A stretch of 64,000 nt of DNA, from assembly GCA_019057385.1 (NCBI GenBank), contig JAHQJS010000004.1:352001-416000 (forward strand). Direction: 5' to 3'. Source of the DNA: Candidatus Borrarchaeum weybense (GTDB lineage Archaea > Asgardarchaeota > Sifarchaeia > Borrarchaeales > Borrarchaeaceae). Shown here in pieces: positions 9,434-19,248 of the stretch (the first letter of the stretch is position 1; each line of letters begins with the position of its first letter). The notes beneath the pieces were generated by a model. The model did no database searches. It was not told where the DNA came from and saw only the letters and a program-made list of their open reading frames with translations. The position numbers and the translations under genes are program-made.

Positions 9434-10813
9434 ATGGAAAAAATACTTGCCTGCATTGATGGGGAACATTACTTGCCTGTCACGAAAGCAGCGATAGAAA
9501 AGTTAAATAATTTGCCAGATCAAGAAGTTGTTGCTGCGTTATTTCTAGGCGGCACCGAAAAAATTGGAGATCTTAATGAAATTGAGCAATATCTGAACTT
9601 ACCCATTTATTTTCTTGACAAAAAGAGTAATTTCGAGGCAGTTTTACACAAAATAATAAAGCAGCGCAAGATCAGTTCTGTCTTCGATCTTAGTGGTGAA
9701 CCCGTAGTGACTTCTCTAGATCGAATGGATTTTGCGTGCGCCGCTTTATTTGAAGGATGTAGTTATAAAGGCGCAGACTTTCAATTCATCCCCATTGACT
9801 TTATAGAGGCTAGAAAACCTGTAATAAGTGTTATTGGTACAGGAAAACGAGTTGGGAAAACAGCTGTTGCAGGTTACATCGCACGTGTTATCAAAGAAAC
9901 GAAATGGACACCTTGCATACTTACTATGGGCAGAGGAGGTCCAGAAACTCCTGAATTAATCCGAGGCGACCAATTAATTGTCAACGCGGAATCTCTTCTT
10001 AAAGTTGCGCGACAGGGCAAACACGCAGCCAGTGATTATTGGGAAGATGCTCTAACTAGTAGAGTTATAACGATAGGTTGCAGAAGATGTGCAGGAGGGT
10101 TAGCAGGGGCACCCTTCCTGGATAATGTAGAAGAAGGAGTCAGAACCGCTGAAAAATTAACTATCGATTTAATCATTGCCGAAGGTAGCGGACCAAGTAT
10201 TCCTCCGGTGATGGCGCAGTCCTTTATTATTGTAATCGGTGCACAACAACCTCTTTCTAACGTTAAAGATGTTTTGAATCCCTATAGGATAAAACTTTCC
10301 GAACTTGCGATTATAACAAATTGCGAAACTCCCCTTGCGACTGATGATAAGATTCAAGAAATCTGCACCACTATAAAAGAGATAAATCCAAAGATTAAGA
10401 TATGTTGTACAACTTTTCGTCCTAAAGTTTTAGGTGATATACAGAATAAAACTGTGTTTTATGCAACAACAATGCCTATTGAAATGATGAAAACTGTAGT
10501 TAACTATTTAGAGCAAAATTACAATTGTAATATATTAGGAACAAGTGTGCATCTCTCAGATCGCGCAAAATTGAAGGAAGATCTTAAGAAATTAACTCAC
10601 GCGGATGTCCTTGTGACTGAATTAAAGGCTTCAGCTGTTGATGTAGCGACTAAGACTGCGTTTCAGATGGGAAAGCCAACTATCTATTGTGATAATGAAC
10701 TCCAGATAGTGGAGTATGCTGACGGAGAAATAAACTCAATTCAAGAGCTTGATTCGTATCTTATTGAGATCACAAAAAGGATTGTAAAAGGAGGGTCAAC
10801 TACCCCACCCTAA
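9434..10813 (+). CDS. cpgS: Cyclic 2,3-diphosphoglycerate synthetase
   Basis: IDGEHY, GGTEKIG, DLS.EPV, GTGKRVGKTAV, MGRGGP, HAASDYWED, GCRRCAGG.AG and TELKA.AVDV motifs. Confidence 0.93.
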   Translation: MEKILACIDGEHYLPVTKAAIEKLNNLPDQEVVAALFLGGTEKIGDLNEIEQYLNLPIYFLDKKSNFEAVLHKIIKQRKISSVFDLSGEPVVTSLDRMDFACAALFEGCSYKGADFQFIPIDFIEARKPVISVIGTGKRVGKTAVAGYIARVIKETKWTPCILTMGRGGPETPELIRGDQLIVNAESLLKVARQGKHAASDYWEDALTSRVITIGCRRCAGGLAGAPFLDNVEEGVRTAEKLTIDLIIAEGSGPSIPPVMAQSFIIVIGAQQPLSNVKDVLNPYRIKLSELAIITNCETPLATDDKIQEICTTIKEINPKIKICCTTFRPKVLGDIQNKTVFYATTMPIEMMKTVVNYLEQNYNCNILGTSVHLSDRAKLKEDLKKLTHADVLVTELKASAVDVATKTAFQMGKPTIYCDNELQIVEYADGEINSIQELDSYLIEITKRIVKGGSTTPP

Positions 10814-10828
10814 AGGGGCGGGGGCTTT
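10795..10828 (-). mobile_element. Solo IS200/IS605-family end (REP-like hairpin) overlapping the cpgS stop codon
   Basis: The minus strand reads AAAGCCCCCGCCCCTTTAGGGTGGGGTAGTTGAC. This is a GC hairpin around CTTTAG followed by GGTAGTTGAC, the same layout as the tnpB right end at 28500-28530. Confidence 0.6.
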
Positions 10829-10850
10829 CAGAGACAGGAGAGGCGAAGTA

Positions 10851-11768
10851 ATGGGAGTCAAACACATAACGATTAAAGCAGATAATTATGATTATCCCTA
10901 CAGTAGGGGTTTGTTAGCAACACGCATGATGGTAACTGGTCTCGACTTAGTTGATGCGTACAAAACAGCTGAAGCAATAGCTTTAGAACTGGAACTGCAG
11001 GATATCTGGGAACTTACAGAAGCCAAACTTAATGATCTCGTCAGTGATATTCTCGAAAAAGAGGGCAAAATACTTCATGCTACTCGATATCGTAATTTTC
11101 TCAAATTTAAGAGTAGGCATGAACCTCTGATTATTCTGATTAGCGGTGCTACAGGCATCGGTAAATCTACTATTGCACTGAATTTAGCGGCTCGATTAGC
11201 TATTAGTCACATAGTAGGAACTGATACTATCAGAGAAGTCATGCGTAAAGTATTATCTTCAGAATTAGTCCCTTCATTACATTCTTCCTCGTATGCTGCT
11301 CACAAATCTATGAAAGAATATGTAAGTCCAATTTACAATAAAGTGATTATAGGCTTCGAGGAACAGGCGAGACTTGTCGTTTCTGGAATTGAAGCTGTGA
11401 TTGCTCGTGCGTTGACAGAAGGAATAAGCATAATTGTTGATGGCGTCCATATATTGCCCTCAATCATGGATCCAAAACTGCTCAAATCACCAAATATTAT
11501 ACCAGTGTTTCTTCATCTTTCAAACGCGGAGGATCATATGATGAGATTCCACGAGCGTGCGAAAACGAAGGTAATGAGAAAACCACTTGAGGATTATTTA
11601 GAAAATTTTGATGGCATCCGAATAATACAGGACCATCTTTTAGAGCAGGCAAGATTACATGGTATCCCGTTAATCGAAAACATGCTAATCGAAACTACCA
11701 TTAGAAAGATTTTGGATATAGTTTTTGAACGCATTGAAAAGCTTATAACAACACCATTAAAAACCTGA
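10851..11768 (+). CDS. pgk2: 2-phosphoglycerate kinase
   Basis: N-terminal ATP-cone-like PYSRGLLA, P-loop SGATGIGKST, TDTIREVMR, LHSSSY and DGVHILP. It lies directly after cpgS. Confidence 0.9.
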   Translation: MGVKHITIKADNYDYPYSRGLLATRMMVTGLDLVDAYKTAEAIALELELQDIWELTEAKLNDLVSDILEKEGKILHATRYRNFLKFKSRHEPLIILISGATGIGKSTIALNLAARLAISHIVGTDTIREVMRKVLSSELVPSLHSSSYAAHKSMKEYVSPIYNKVIIGFEEQARLVVSGIEAVIARALTEGISIIVDGVHILPSIMDPKLLKSPNIIPVFLHLSNAEDHMMRFHERAKTKVMRKPLEDYLENFDGIRIIQDHLLEQARLHGIPLIENMLIETTIRKILDIVFERIEKLITTPLKT

Positions 11769-11799
11769 AGAACATCTCAAACGCAAAGAGGGAACAACT

Positions 11800-13335
11800 T
11801 TGGCAAGATTTGTCATTATGTCTGACTCCCACATCACGGAAGGTCAAGAGTTTAACAAAGATATTTTCAAAATGGGGGTAGACTTAATCTGTTCTATTAA
11901 AGCCGATTTTTATTTTCATTTAGGAGATATAGTCGAATCAGGAACACTTGCAGACTATAAATTAGCTGAAGAACTCCTCCTACCGATAAAAAACAGACTT
12001 ATTTTCATTCCTGGAAATCATGATGCCAGAAATGTAGGAGATCGCTTATACGGGGAATTTTATGGAGACAGGGAATTTGAGATGGAAACAAAAATCGATG
12101 GGACAAAGTTTTATATCACTGGATTAGACAGTTCAATTCCGGATCAGAATAGTGGACGCGTTGGACGTCGATCTCGGCATACTCTTTCTAAAAGATTGGA
12201 TCAACTAGATGACGATTTAATCAAAGTAGTTGTGTTTCATCATCATTTACTCCCAATTCCCAATACTGGAAGGGAACGTTCTACTATCGATGATGCAGGA
12301 GATATGTTAAAAGTTTTGCTGGATTACGATGTGGATATAGTGATAAATGGTCATCGCCACATTTCTAACGTTTATAAGATAACTGACGGTAGCCATGAAC
12401 TGATTGTAATCAACAATGGAACCTTTTCTGCTAATAAAACACGATATCGTGAACTTCATTCCTTCTCGATTATAAACGTCATTCCTGAGGAAGTAACAAC
12501 AAGCAGAATTCAAATCTATACGAATAAAGAAAAGAAAGTTACCAAAAAGTATCGTCATCATCCCGCTTTGCGTTTTGGCGGCGAGAAACTATGTCGGATA
12601 GTTCATATCTCTGACACTCATTTTACCCAAGGACGCGAATTTCAAGAAGCAAATTATGATAAAGCTGTAGAATTAATCAATAAGTCTGGGGCGGACGTTA
12701 TAGTCCATACTGGAGATGTAACGAATGAAGCCTACCGATTGAGCTATAAGATAGCAGCTGATAAATTAAGTAAACTTCAGTTACCGAAAGTGATTGTACC
12801 CGGACATCGCGATTGCTACGCCATTGGGTGGGAACTGTTCCCAGAGATGATAGGTCCTATGGATCCCGTATGGGAGTCACCGAACCTTAAAATCATCGGG
12901 ATAAATACCAGCTTACTTGAGGAAGAGGTCGGTTCTGTTGGAAGATTCGAACTGCAAAAAGTTCTAGATGAAATTCATGCCACAAAAGAACAAAAAATTG
13001 TAGTTGTAGCGATGCATCATCATCTCGTTCCGGTTCCTAATACCAAACACGTTGCTTCCCTAACTGATGCAGGTGAGGTATTATCTGCTCTTGGAAAAAG
13101 CGGAGTGGATTTAGTGTTAACAGGTCATAAGCACATAACGTGGAGTGTACAAGTTGAGGACGCCATTATTAGCAACTGTGGCAGTTTATCAAGTGCTAAA
13201 GTGCTCTCGCTTGCGGGGAATGTGTTCAATATCCTCGATGTATACGAGAACGGATATGTTCAAATTGATGAAGTGTCCCTTGACGAAAATATGCGAAGAA
13301 CGACAGGACGTTTTATGATTCCTGTCCTAAAGTAA
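11800..13335 (+). CDS. Tandem (two-domain) calcineurin-like metallophosphoesterase, Icc/CpdA-like
   Basis: Domain 1 has DSH/GD/GNHD/HHH/GHRH; domain 2 has DTH/GD/GHRD/HHH/GHKH. Confidence 0.9.
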   Translation: MARFVIMSDSHITEGQEFNKDIFKMGVDLICSIKADFYFHLGDIVESGTLADYKLAEELLLPIKNRLIFIPGNHDARNVGDRLYGEFYGDREFEMETKIDGTKFYITGLDSSIPDQNSGRVGRRSRHTLSKRLDQLDDDLIKVVVFHHHLLPIPNTGRERSTIDDAGDMLKVLLDYDVDIVINGHRHISNVYKITDGSHELIVINNGTFSANKTRYRELHSFSIINVIPEEVTTSRIQIYTNKEKKVTKKYRHHPALRFGGEKLCRIVHISDTHFTQGREFQEANYDKAVELINKSGADVIVHTGDVTNEAYRLSYKIAADKLSKLQLPKVIVPGHRDCYAIGWELFPEMIGPMDPVWESPNLKIIGINTSLLEEEVGSVGRFELQKVLDEIHATKEQKIVVVAMHHHLVPVPNTKHVASLTDAGEVLSALGKSGVDLVLTGHKHITWSVQVEDAIISNCGSLSSAKVLSLAGNVFNILDVYENGYVQIDEVSLDENMRRTTGRFMIPVLK

Positions 13336-13377
13336 CTGAACTTCTAACTCATAAGTTGAATTCATGTTGGGGGTAGT

Positions 13378-14781
13378 TCAAGCGGATAGCTTGCTTTCAA
13401 AGAAGTCAGCAACTTTCATCTTTGGTGTTTCATAATCGGATAATTCTACATCAATAGCCTCTACAGCCACTGCGCTAACATCACATAAATTCAACTTCTT
13501 ATTTTGCAAGTACTTTTGGAGCCTTTCCTTGATCCAGTGAGGCTTTGTGAGTTTGTGCCCGTCAAAATACGCGAAGAAAGTATATATTTGGGTGCACCCT
13601 GGCGTGATTCCTCCATGATTTGCTTTTCTATAGATGATGTCATAACCATATCCTTCATTAGCTGTTCCGATTACATGTCCAAATTTATCTCGACTATAAC
13701 CAACGTCCTTGCCAAAGATGTTTTCTATTTCTTCATATTCCGGCGTGAAATGAACCCAGCGATTAGCCGGCATCCTTTTCAGCCGATCAACAAGCTCATG
13801 AATCTGTTTACTTCGTGAATGTATTAGGTCTTCGGTAAACCATATTCTAAACCCTCTTCTCCCATCAGTTGCGATTGCATAATCGTTTTCAGAGAATCCA
13901 TTCATACTGGCAAGTTGTTGGATAGTTGCAGTAATTGGGAAAATTTCTGGCGTATCGGAGTTACCATGATCAGTCGTCAAGATAAACAAAGTATCGTCTC
14001 CCATCGCGAACAATAACTTACGTATCATTTCAATTGCATTTCTTAACACTTCTGCAGCCGTTAATGATTTTGTTCCATCAGTATGGATGGCCTTGTCTGG
14101 TCCACCGATCGTCCCTGTGATAACGCTTGGATTATATACGTTAATCAATTCTGCGACCTTTGCCGTGAGTACATCATCCATCTCACCGAATTTATCTACT
14201 CCTACATGTTCGCCTCCGAAGATACGTTCCCTGATTTTCTTACGTCTTTCATTTAGTTCGTCAAACGGCTCTCTCTTTCCATTGTGATAGATACCAGAAG
14301 GAATTGCAATCTGATGGAAGGGTGAATAAGATGTAGACAAAGACCCGTTTTCCTTAGTCATTCGCATGTATAGCTGAAGGGTACGTTGACCTCCCTCGTC
14401 GCCAGGATCTACCGTTTCTTTTGAAATCCCTCCTTCTGAAATTCCGCATCCCTTATTTCCGAATCCGAGCAAAGTGTGGCCAGCGTCCTTTAAATCATCA
14501 AAAACTGATCTATATTTCTTAAAAATATCTAAAGGAGGGTTAATCACCTTCATTTGTTCGATGTCGACAAATCTGTTGCCTACTAAATTCGTTTCAAACG
14601 GCGACAACCTATAACTCAAGGCTACGTGACCTGGTCTTGAGACTGAAAAAATATCTACAAGTGTGGGGACTTTAAACGTATTATCATCGATATAGTTAAG
14701 AAATCCCCCATTAGGAGAGTTAACAGCGGTTTCCCAGCAGTTAATAGCTAATCCATCAATAATCACATAGCATAGTTTCAT
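13378..14781 (-). CDS. Alkaline-phosphatase-superfamily (nucleotide pyrophosphatase/phosphodiesterase-like) protein
   Basis: VIIDGL, SVSRPGHVAL (nucleophile region), DKAIH, TTDHG and NHGG motifs. Start placed at ATG 14781; the track start of 14919 overlaps the upstream gene. Confidence 0.8.
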   Translation of the reverse strand: MKLCYVIIDGLAINCWETAVNSPNGGFLNYIDDNTFKVPTLVDIFSVSRPGHVALSYRLSPFETNLVGNRFVDIEQMKVINPPLDIFKKYRSVFDDLKDAGHTLLGFGNKGCGISEGGISKETVDPGDEGGQRTLQLYMRMTKENGSLSTSYSPFHQIAIPSGIYHNGKREPFDELNERRKKIRERIFGGEHVGVDKFGEMDDVLTAKVAELINVYNPSVITGTIGGPDKAIHTDGTKSLTAAEVLRNAIEMIRKLLFAMGDDTLFILTTDHGNSDTPEIFPITATIQQLASMNGFSENDYAIATDGRRGFRIWFTEDLIHSRSKQIHELVDRLKRMPANRWVHFTPEYEEIENIFGKDVGYSRDKFGHVIGTANEGYGYDIIYRKANHGGITPGCTQIYTFFAYFDGHKLTKPHWIKERLQKYLQNKKLNLCDVSAVAVEAIDVELSDYETPKMKVADFFESKLSA

Positions 14782-14866
14782 AATATTCTCCAGTATACAA
14801 AACGGTATTGCTAAATATTTATCCCTTTCGTCAATTACATAGAAAAAATAAGGGGAAAATACCCTG

Positions 14867-16252
14867 TTATCCGCGTAAACTGTGAAATGGGGCGGGTGTA
14901 CGTCCTCCTCTTTTAACAAAGGTATCTGATCGGTAAGGTTTTGTATTGAGAACTGGAGCTTTCCCCATCAAACCACCATACTCTATCATTTCGCCTCCAT
15001 AACTTTTTGGTACCGGAATAATCCGTACACCTGCAGGCTTGTCATTGGCAATAGCTATTGCGATTTGATCTGCGATGATTGCTGAAATCGTTTCTTTGCT
15101 TGTGTCTCCTGGTATTAGCACCATATCGATCCCCAGTGCACACACACTGCTCATAGCATGAAGCGTTGTAATATCGATTGCACCTCTTTTTGCTGCCTCT
15201 GACATACCCTGATCCTCCATAACTGGGATAAAAACACCCGAAAGTCCTCCTACATAACTACTGGCCATCGCACCGCCTTTTTTCAGGGCATCAGCAAGAA
15301 TAGCAAGCGCTGCTATCGATCCATGACCTCCGCACTCTTCTAGCCCCATTGCCTGTACAATCTCTGCAACTGAGCCTCCATTTGGATCAGGGGCTAAACT
15401 GATATCTACTGCACCAAACTCAATCCCTAGCGCTTTTGCGATTTGTCTGCCAATTAGCTCACCGGCACGTGTCACTTTAAAAGTAGCAGCCTTGATTTCA
15501 TCGGCCAATTTCCCAATATCTGCGTTTTCACCAATTTCTTGTATTGCTGCTTTGATCACGCCAGGTCCGCTAATTCCGATAACAACTGTTGCGTCAGGTC
15601 CACCTGGACTGGCAAATGCACCAGGCATAAAAGGTGTATCTTCCATTGCGTTAGCAAAGACAGTAAATTTTGCACAACCAATTCCGTTAGGTGTTTTTTG
15701 AGCAACGTTTAGAATGATTTCACCCATTTTGGCAATTGCATCAAAATTGATGCCCGCATGAGTTGTCGCCACATTTACAAAACCGCAAACCGTTTTAGTT
15801 TTGCTCATAACTTCGGGGAGGGATTCTATTAGTACAGTATCTGCTTTTGTGAAACCTCGATGAACAAAAGTTGAATACCCACCAACATAATCAACCCCAG
15901 ATTCCTTTGCAATTTTATCCAACGACTTAGCGATTTTTAAGGCAATATTGATACTTTCATCCATATCCTCATTTTCGACCATTGGGCCTAATAATTGTGA
16001 TATGGGGGTTACGGCTAGCCTTTTATTGACGATTGGAACACCAAAACGCTCTTCAATATCTGAGATCTTATCAATAAATTTCTTAATAAACGGGGGCATA
16101 TTTGTTTCCATGAGCGAAATTGTATGATCAGGATCATCACGAGCATATTTTTGGATGTTCATTGCTAAAGTGGTTGCACGTATGTTCAAGTTTTCAAGCC
16201 AAAACATACGAACGGTATCCAAAATTTCACTTGGAGATAAAAGTAATGGCAT
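14867..16252 (-). CDS. DUF711 / UPF0210 (PFL-like fold) protein
   Basis: EILDTVRM..ENLNIR, GVPIVNKRLAVTPI, DTPFMPGAF, GISGPGVI, FKVTRAGELIG, VGGLSG.FIPV.ED and MSSVC..GIDM motifs. Confidence 0.92.
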   Translation of the reverse strand: MPLLLSPSEILDTVRMFWLENLNIRATTLAMNIQKYARDDPDHTISLMETNMPPFIKKFIDKISDIEERFGVPIVNKRLAVTPISQLLGPMVENEDMDESINIALKIAKSLDKIAKESGVDYVGGYSTFVHRGFTKADTVLIESLPEVMSKTKTVCGFVNVATTHAGINFDAIAKMGEIILNVAQKTPNGIGCAKFTVFANAMEDTPFMPGAFASPGGPDATVVIGISGPGVIKAAIQEIGENADIGKLADEIKAATFKVTRAGELIGRQIAKALGIEFGAVDISLAPDPNGGSVAEIVQAMGLEECGGHGSIAALAILADALKKGGAMASSYVGGLSGVFIPVMEDQGMSEAAKRGAIDITTLHAMSSVCALGIDMVLIPGDTSKETISAIIADQIAIAIANDKPAGVRIIPVPKSYGGEMIEYGGLMGKAPVLNTKPYRSDTFVKRGGRTPAPFHSLRG

Positions 16253-16267
16253 ATCTTTTTTTCACTC

Positions 16268-16588
16268 CTAAACGCGATTCATAAAATTGAAAACCTCTTC
16301 GTGAAGAGTAAAAATATGAACTCCTAATTCTTCACCTTTTTCTTTTAGTCTTTCTTTCAGTGCTTTTAGCGGCATAGTAGAATTGGACATATCGCCTAGC
16401 AAGATCATGCTGAAAAGATTTCTGTTCTTATAGTGTAGAATTGTACTGCTCATATCCTCAATATTAACTTCACATTCTGCTAGTACTTGAGATACGCCAG
16501 CTACGATACCCGTTCGGTCACCGCCAATAACGGTAATAACAACCTTGTCTATTTCTTCTGAGGTATCATTATTTAGAGTTGTACTCAT
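16268..16588 (-). CDS. ACT-domain protein UPF0237
   Basis: VITVIGGDRTGIVAGVS..LAE..VNIED.S..I...F.M and HEEVFNFMNRV. This is the canonical partner of DUF711. Confidence 0.9.
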   Translation of the reverse strand: MSTTLNNDTSEEIDKVVITVIGGDRTGIVAGVSQVLAECEVNIEDMSSTILHYKNRNLFSMILLGDMSNSTMPLKALKERLKEKGEELGVHIFTLHEEVFNFMNRV

Positions 16589-16677
16589 ATTTTCTTCCTC
16601 CTGTTCTTGTTCTTTTAGCTCCTTTGTGTTTAGCTATAAAAAGAAGTACTACTGGGTCCTTATGCTCTATTTCAAAA

Positions 16678-16857
16678 GCACCACAGCACGGGATGCTAAA
16701 TGAATCGGTATTCACATGTTTCTTTGGTGCATACGAAAAATAGTCTCTCACTCCACAGTTTGCTATGGAGTTCCTGTCTTTATCTAAATTCCTTGGTAGG
16801 GCATCCCAACCTCTCCAAAAATAAATTGAGATGTGTTTACGAAATACGCTATATAAA
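16678..16857 (-). promoter_or_regulatory. TATA box and structured 5' leader of the ACT/DUF711 operon
   Basis: TTTATATA on the minus strand at 16850-16857, about 260 nt upstream of the ATG. Hairpin at 16750-16771 and a three-stem junction at 16678-16730. Confidence 0.45.
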
Positions 16858-16922
16858 TCTTGCTCTTTTATGAGTTCTGGATTAACTCTGACTAAAAACG
16901 CTATAACAAGATTAATAGCATC

Positions 16923-17378
16923 TTAATCAAGTAATCTTTGCTCACCACTGAGTTTTTGTATTTCTGTTATATTTTGTGATGCTTCGAGACAACCGAGGTA
17001 TTTTCCACTAGAGTCCCTTAACGCGTAATATTCTATCATGACTTTCTGTTTCTCACCTTCTGGGTCAATCGTGAGATCTATCCAAAAGCGCGCTTTATCT
17101 CTTGTTCCTTCCTTCATTTCATTTAAGATTCGTTCTACTTTATCAAGACTCTTTTTTGGATGGCAATCACGAACATTTCTTCCAATCACGCCCTTAGGTC
17201 TCTTGAATATTCGTGTTTCGTGTTTATTCCATGCCAATGCCTCATCATTCTCATCAAGAACTGAGAATTCAATAGGTATCGTTTCAAGAATGGCTTCTAA
17301 TACCTTTTCAGGCAGTTTTCCTATCATTTTTTCTATCCTTCCATATTTTTCTAAGTTAGAAATATGAAATTCGCTCAT
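16923..17378 (-). CDS. Stand-alone PAS-domain protein (PAS_10 type)
   Basis: ILETIPIEFSVLDEND, RIFKRP..VIGRNV.DCHP.KS..KV..IL, FWID and YYALRD..G.YLGCLE.SQ.IT motifs. Confidence 0.88.
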   Translation of the reverse strand: MSEFHISNLEKYGRIEKMIGKLPEKVLEAILETIPIEFSVLDENDEALAWNKHETRIFKRPKGVIGRNVRDCHPKKSLDKVERILNEMKEGTRDKARFWIDLTIDPEGEKQKVMIEYYALRDSSGKYLGCLEASQNITEIQKLSGEQRLLD

Positions 17379-17527
17379 ATATATAAAATGAATTCTTTGA
17401 TATTGATAATAGATCAGAGAGCCTAGAAATCCTATGGTCTAAGTTTTTTGCATTGACATCTATAAAAAGAAGGATTTAAAGCGATCTCTAGTAAGTCTTG
17501 TTATTCAAATGTTCAAATAATTTCGTT

Positions 17528-19134
17528 TTAGATAGTAATTATTGTGGTATTAAAAACCCATACCACTGTAACTTCCTGCACAATCACTACCCACTCAGGA
17601 TTCTTGTCTTTAAATTGTTGCCAAATAATGTTATCGTGGTATCTCTGAACATAAGTTAAATGAAACACTACATAATCATATTTTTCTAACAAGGCATTCA
17701 GCGACTGAGGTAACGGTGTAACTTCTCCTTTATAAAAATCATCAAGTCTCTTATCACCATACGCACACGCAACAACTAACTGATCGGATTTACTGGAGAG
17801 ATATTCTGCAACTAATCTTGTTCCTTCCGAAGTATATGTTGTAGTTATTTTGGATCCACCATTTAGACCCCCCACAAAATCATTGAAATAGAAAACATAG
17901 AAAGGTTGAAAATTATAGCACCAAAAAGCGGCTGGAAATACGATTACAAAACTAATAATCACGTTTGGTGCTATCTGCCAATTTTTAAAGCGGCCAAAAG
18001 AATTCCAGAGTGTTCTTGTTGAACTAAGGATCATATGAAATCCATCAGAAGAAAATAACATAAGTATCGGCCAAATTGGTATTAAATATCGATCTAGTTT
18101 TTTACTGAATATTGAGATGCCGATGATAAAAAAAACAGTGGCAATTAAAAGTAATGTTTCTTCTAACATTACTTTCTTTTTGTGCATTTTATGGACATAT
18201 AAAGTAACCGAGATGAGAAAACAAATCAATACTCCAGTGCTTAGTCTTATCATTAATATGATCGGATAAAAATAGAAAGGAGCAGCGTTGTTTGGCCATG
18301 ACGTAGAACCAAGAAAGAATATAGGTAGATCGTGGCCGCTAGAAAGCCCACTAATAGCCTTATTTAGTTTATCGAATGCTAATTGTAGGTTCCAAACTCC
18401 TGGCCAAAGAATGACGAAGATTAAGCCTCCAATTAAAAGTATTTTAATCATTAACTTTGTTGATTGCCAAAACTTCAATTCGGCATTATTTTTTAGTAAC
18501 CACAGCCAAATCACTAAAATAGGTATAAGAAAAATTGCAAAACCTTTAGTCAAGACAGCTAAGCCTAGTGAGATCCCAGAAAATACAGTGTAAATTTGTT
18601 TTTTTTTTGGGTAATTCCTAGCCAAAAAAAGTATAATGTTAGTGTGAAAAAAAACGATAGTAAACCATCAAGATGAACGATCCTAGTTATTCCAATATAA
18701 AATGGTTCAAAAGTAAGCATCACTGCAGCAAGAAATCCACGTTCTCTGTTGAATATTGACGATCCCATTAAATAGATCAAAGAACAAGTTGCTGCACCGA
18801 GAATACAAAAAGGGAGACGGGAATAGCTTAGAATATCCAAATTCTCAGGAAGCAAGAAATATACGAATCCGGTTAAGTACATAGTAGTTACACCAGGATG
18901 GTTTGAAATCATGGTTCCACTTGGATTTAAGTCATATAAAGCCCAGATAAACTTTTTAGCTCTAAAAATCCACTTTAGTTCATCGGTTTGAAGTCCATAT
19001 CTTAAATTTATAAGTCTAATAGAGAATCCTATGAGAAAAATTATGAGAATTAGTAAAATATCTACCCAGTTCTTTTTGACAAATATTTCACTTTTCGCCA
19101 TAGTTTTTTTAATCAAATTCTGGATCCTCTCCAC
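17528..19134 (-). pseudogene. ArnT/PMT-family (GT-C fold) membrane glycosyltransferase split by a frameshift at an A10 run
   Basis: The 5' ORF 18565..19134 (DE motif, HPG, SRLPF, LDG) continues in the 3' ORF 17528..18625 (GLAVLTKG, DRYLIP). The frames join at the T10 run at 18599-18608, and one extra A would fuse them. Confidence 0.8.
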
Positions 19135-19248
19135 TCATTGACATTTACAGAATTTCAAGCAATTAATTCACAATTTCTGTTGTATGAGAGCCCTTACCTT
19201 TCAAGACATAGTCAAATAGATATCTGATATAGATTATCCTTTTTAATT

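Noticed and set aside
14782-14919. N-terminal extensions given by the ORF track (also 36186-36245, 37390-37428, 45259-45315)
   Set aside because: They overlap neighbouring genes or a mobile element, or lie upstream of better RBS-supported starts.
16700-16820. Glycine riboswitch (GGAGA / CACCAAAG-like words on the minus strand)
   Set aside because: The conserved CUCAGG-type element is absent, so it is reported only as an unassigned structured leader.
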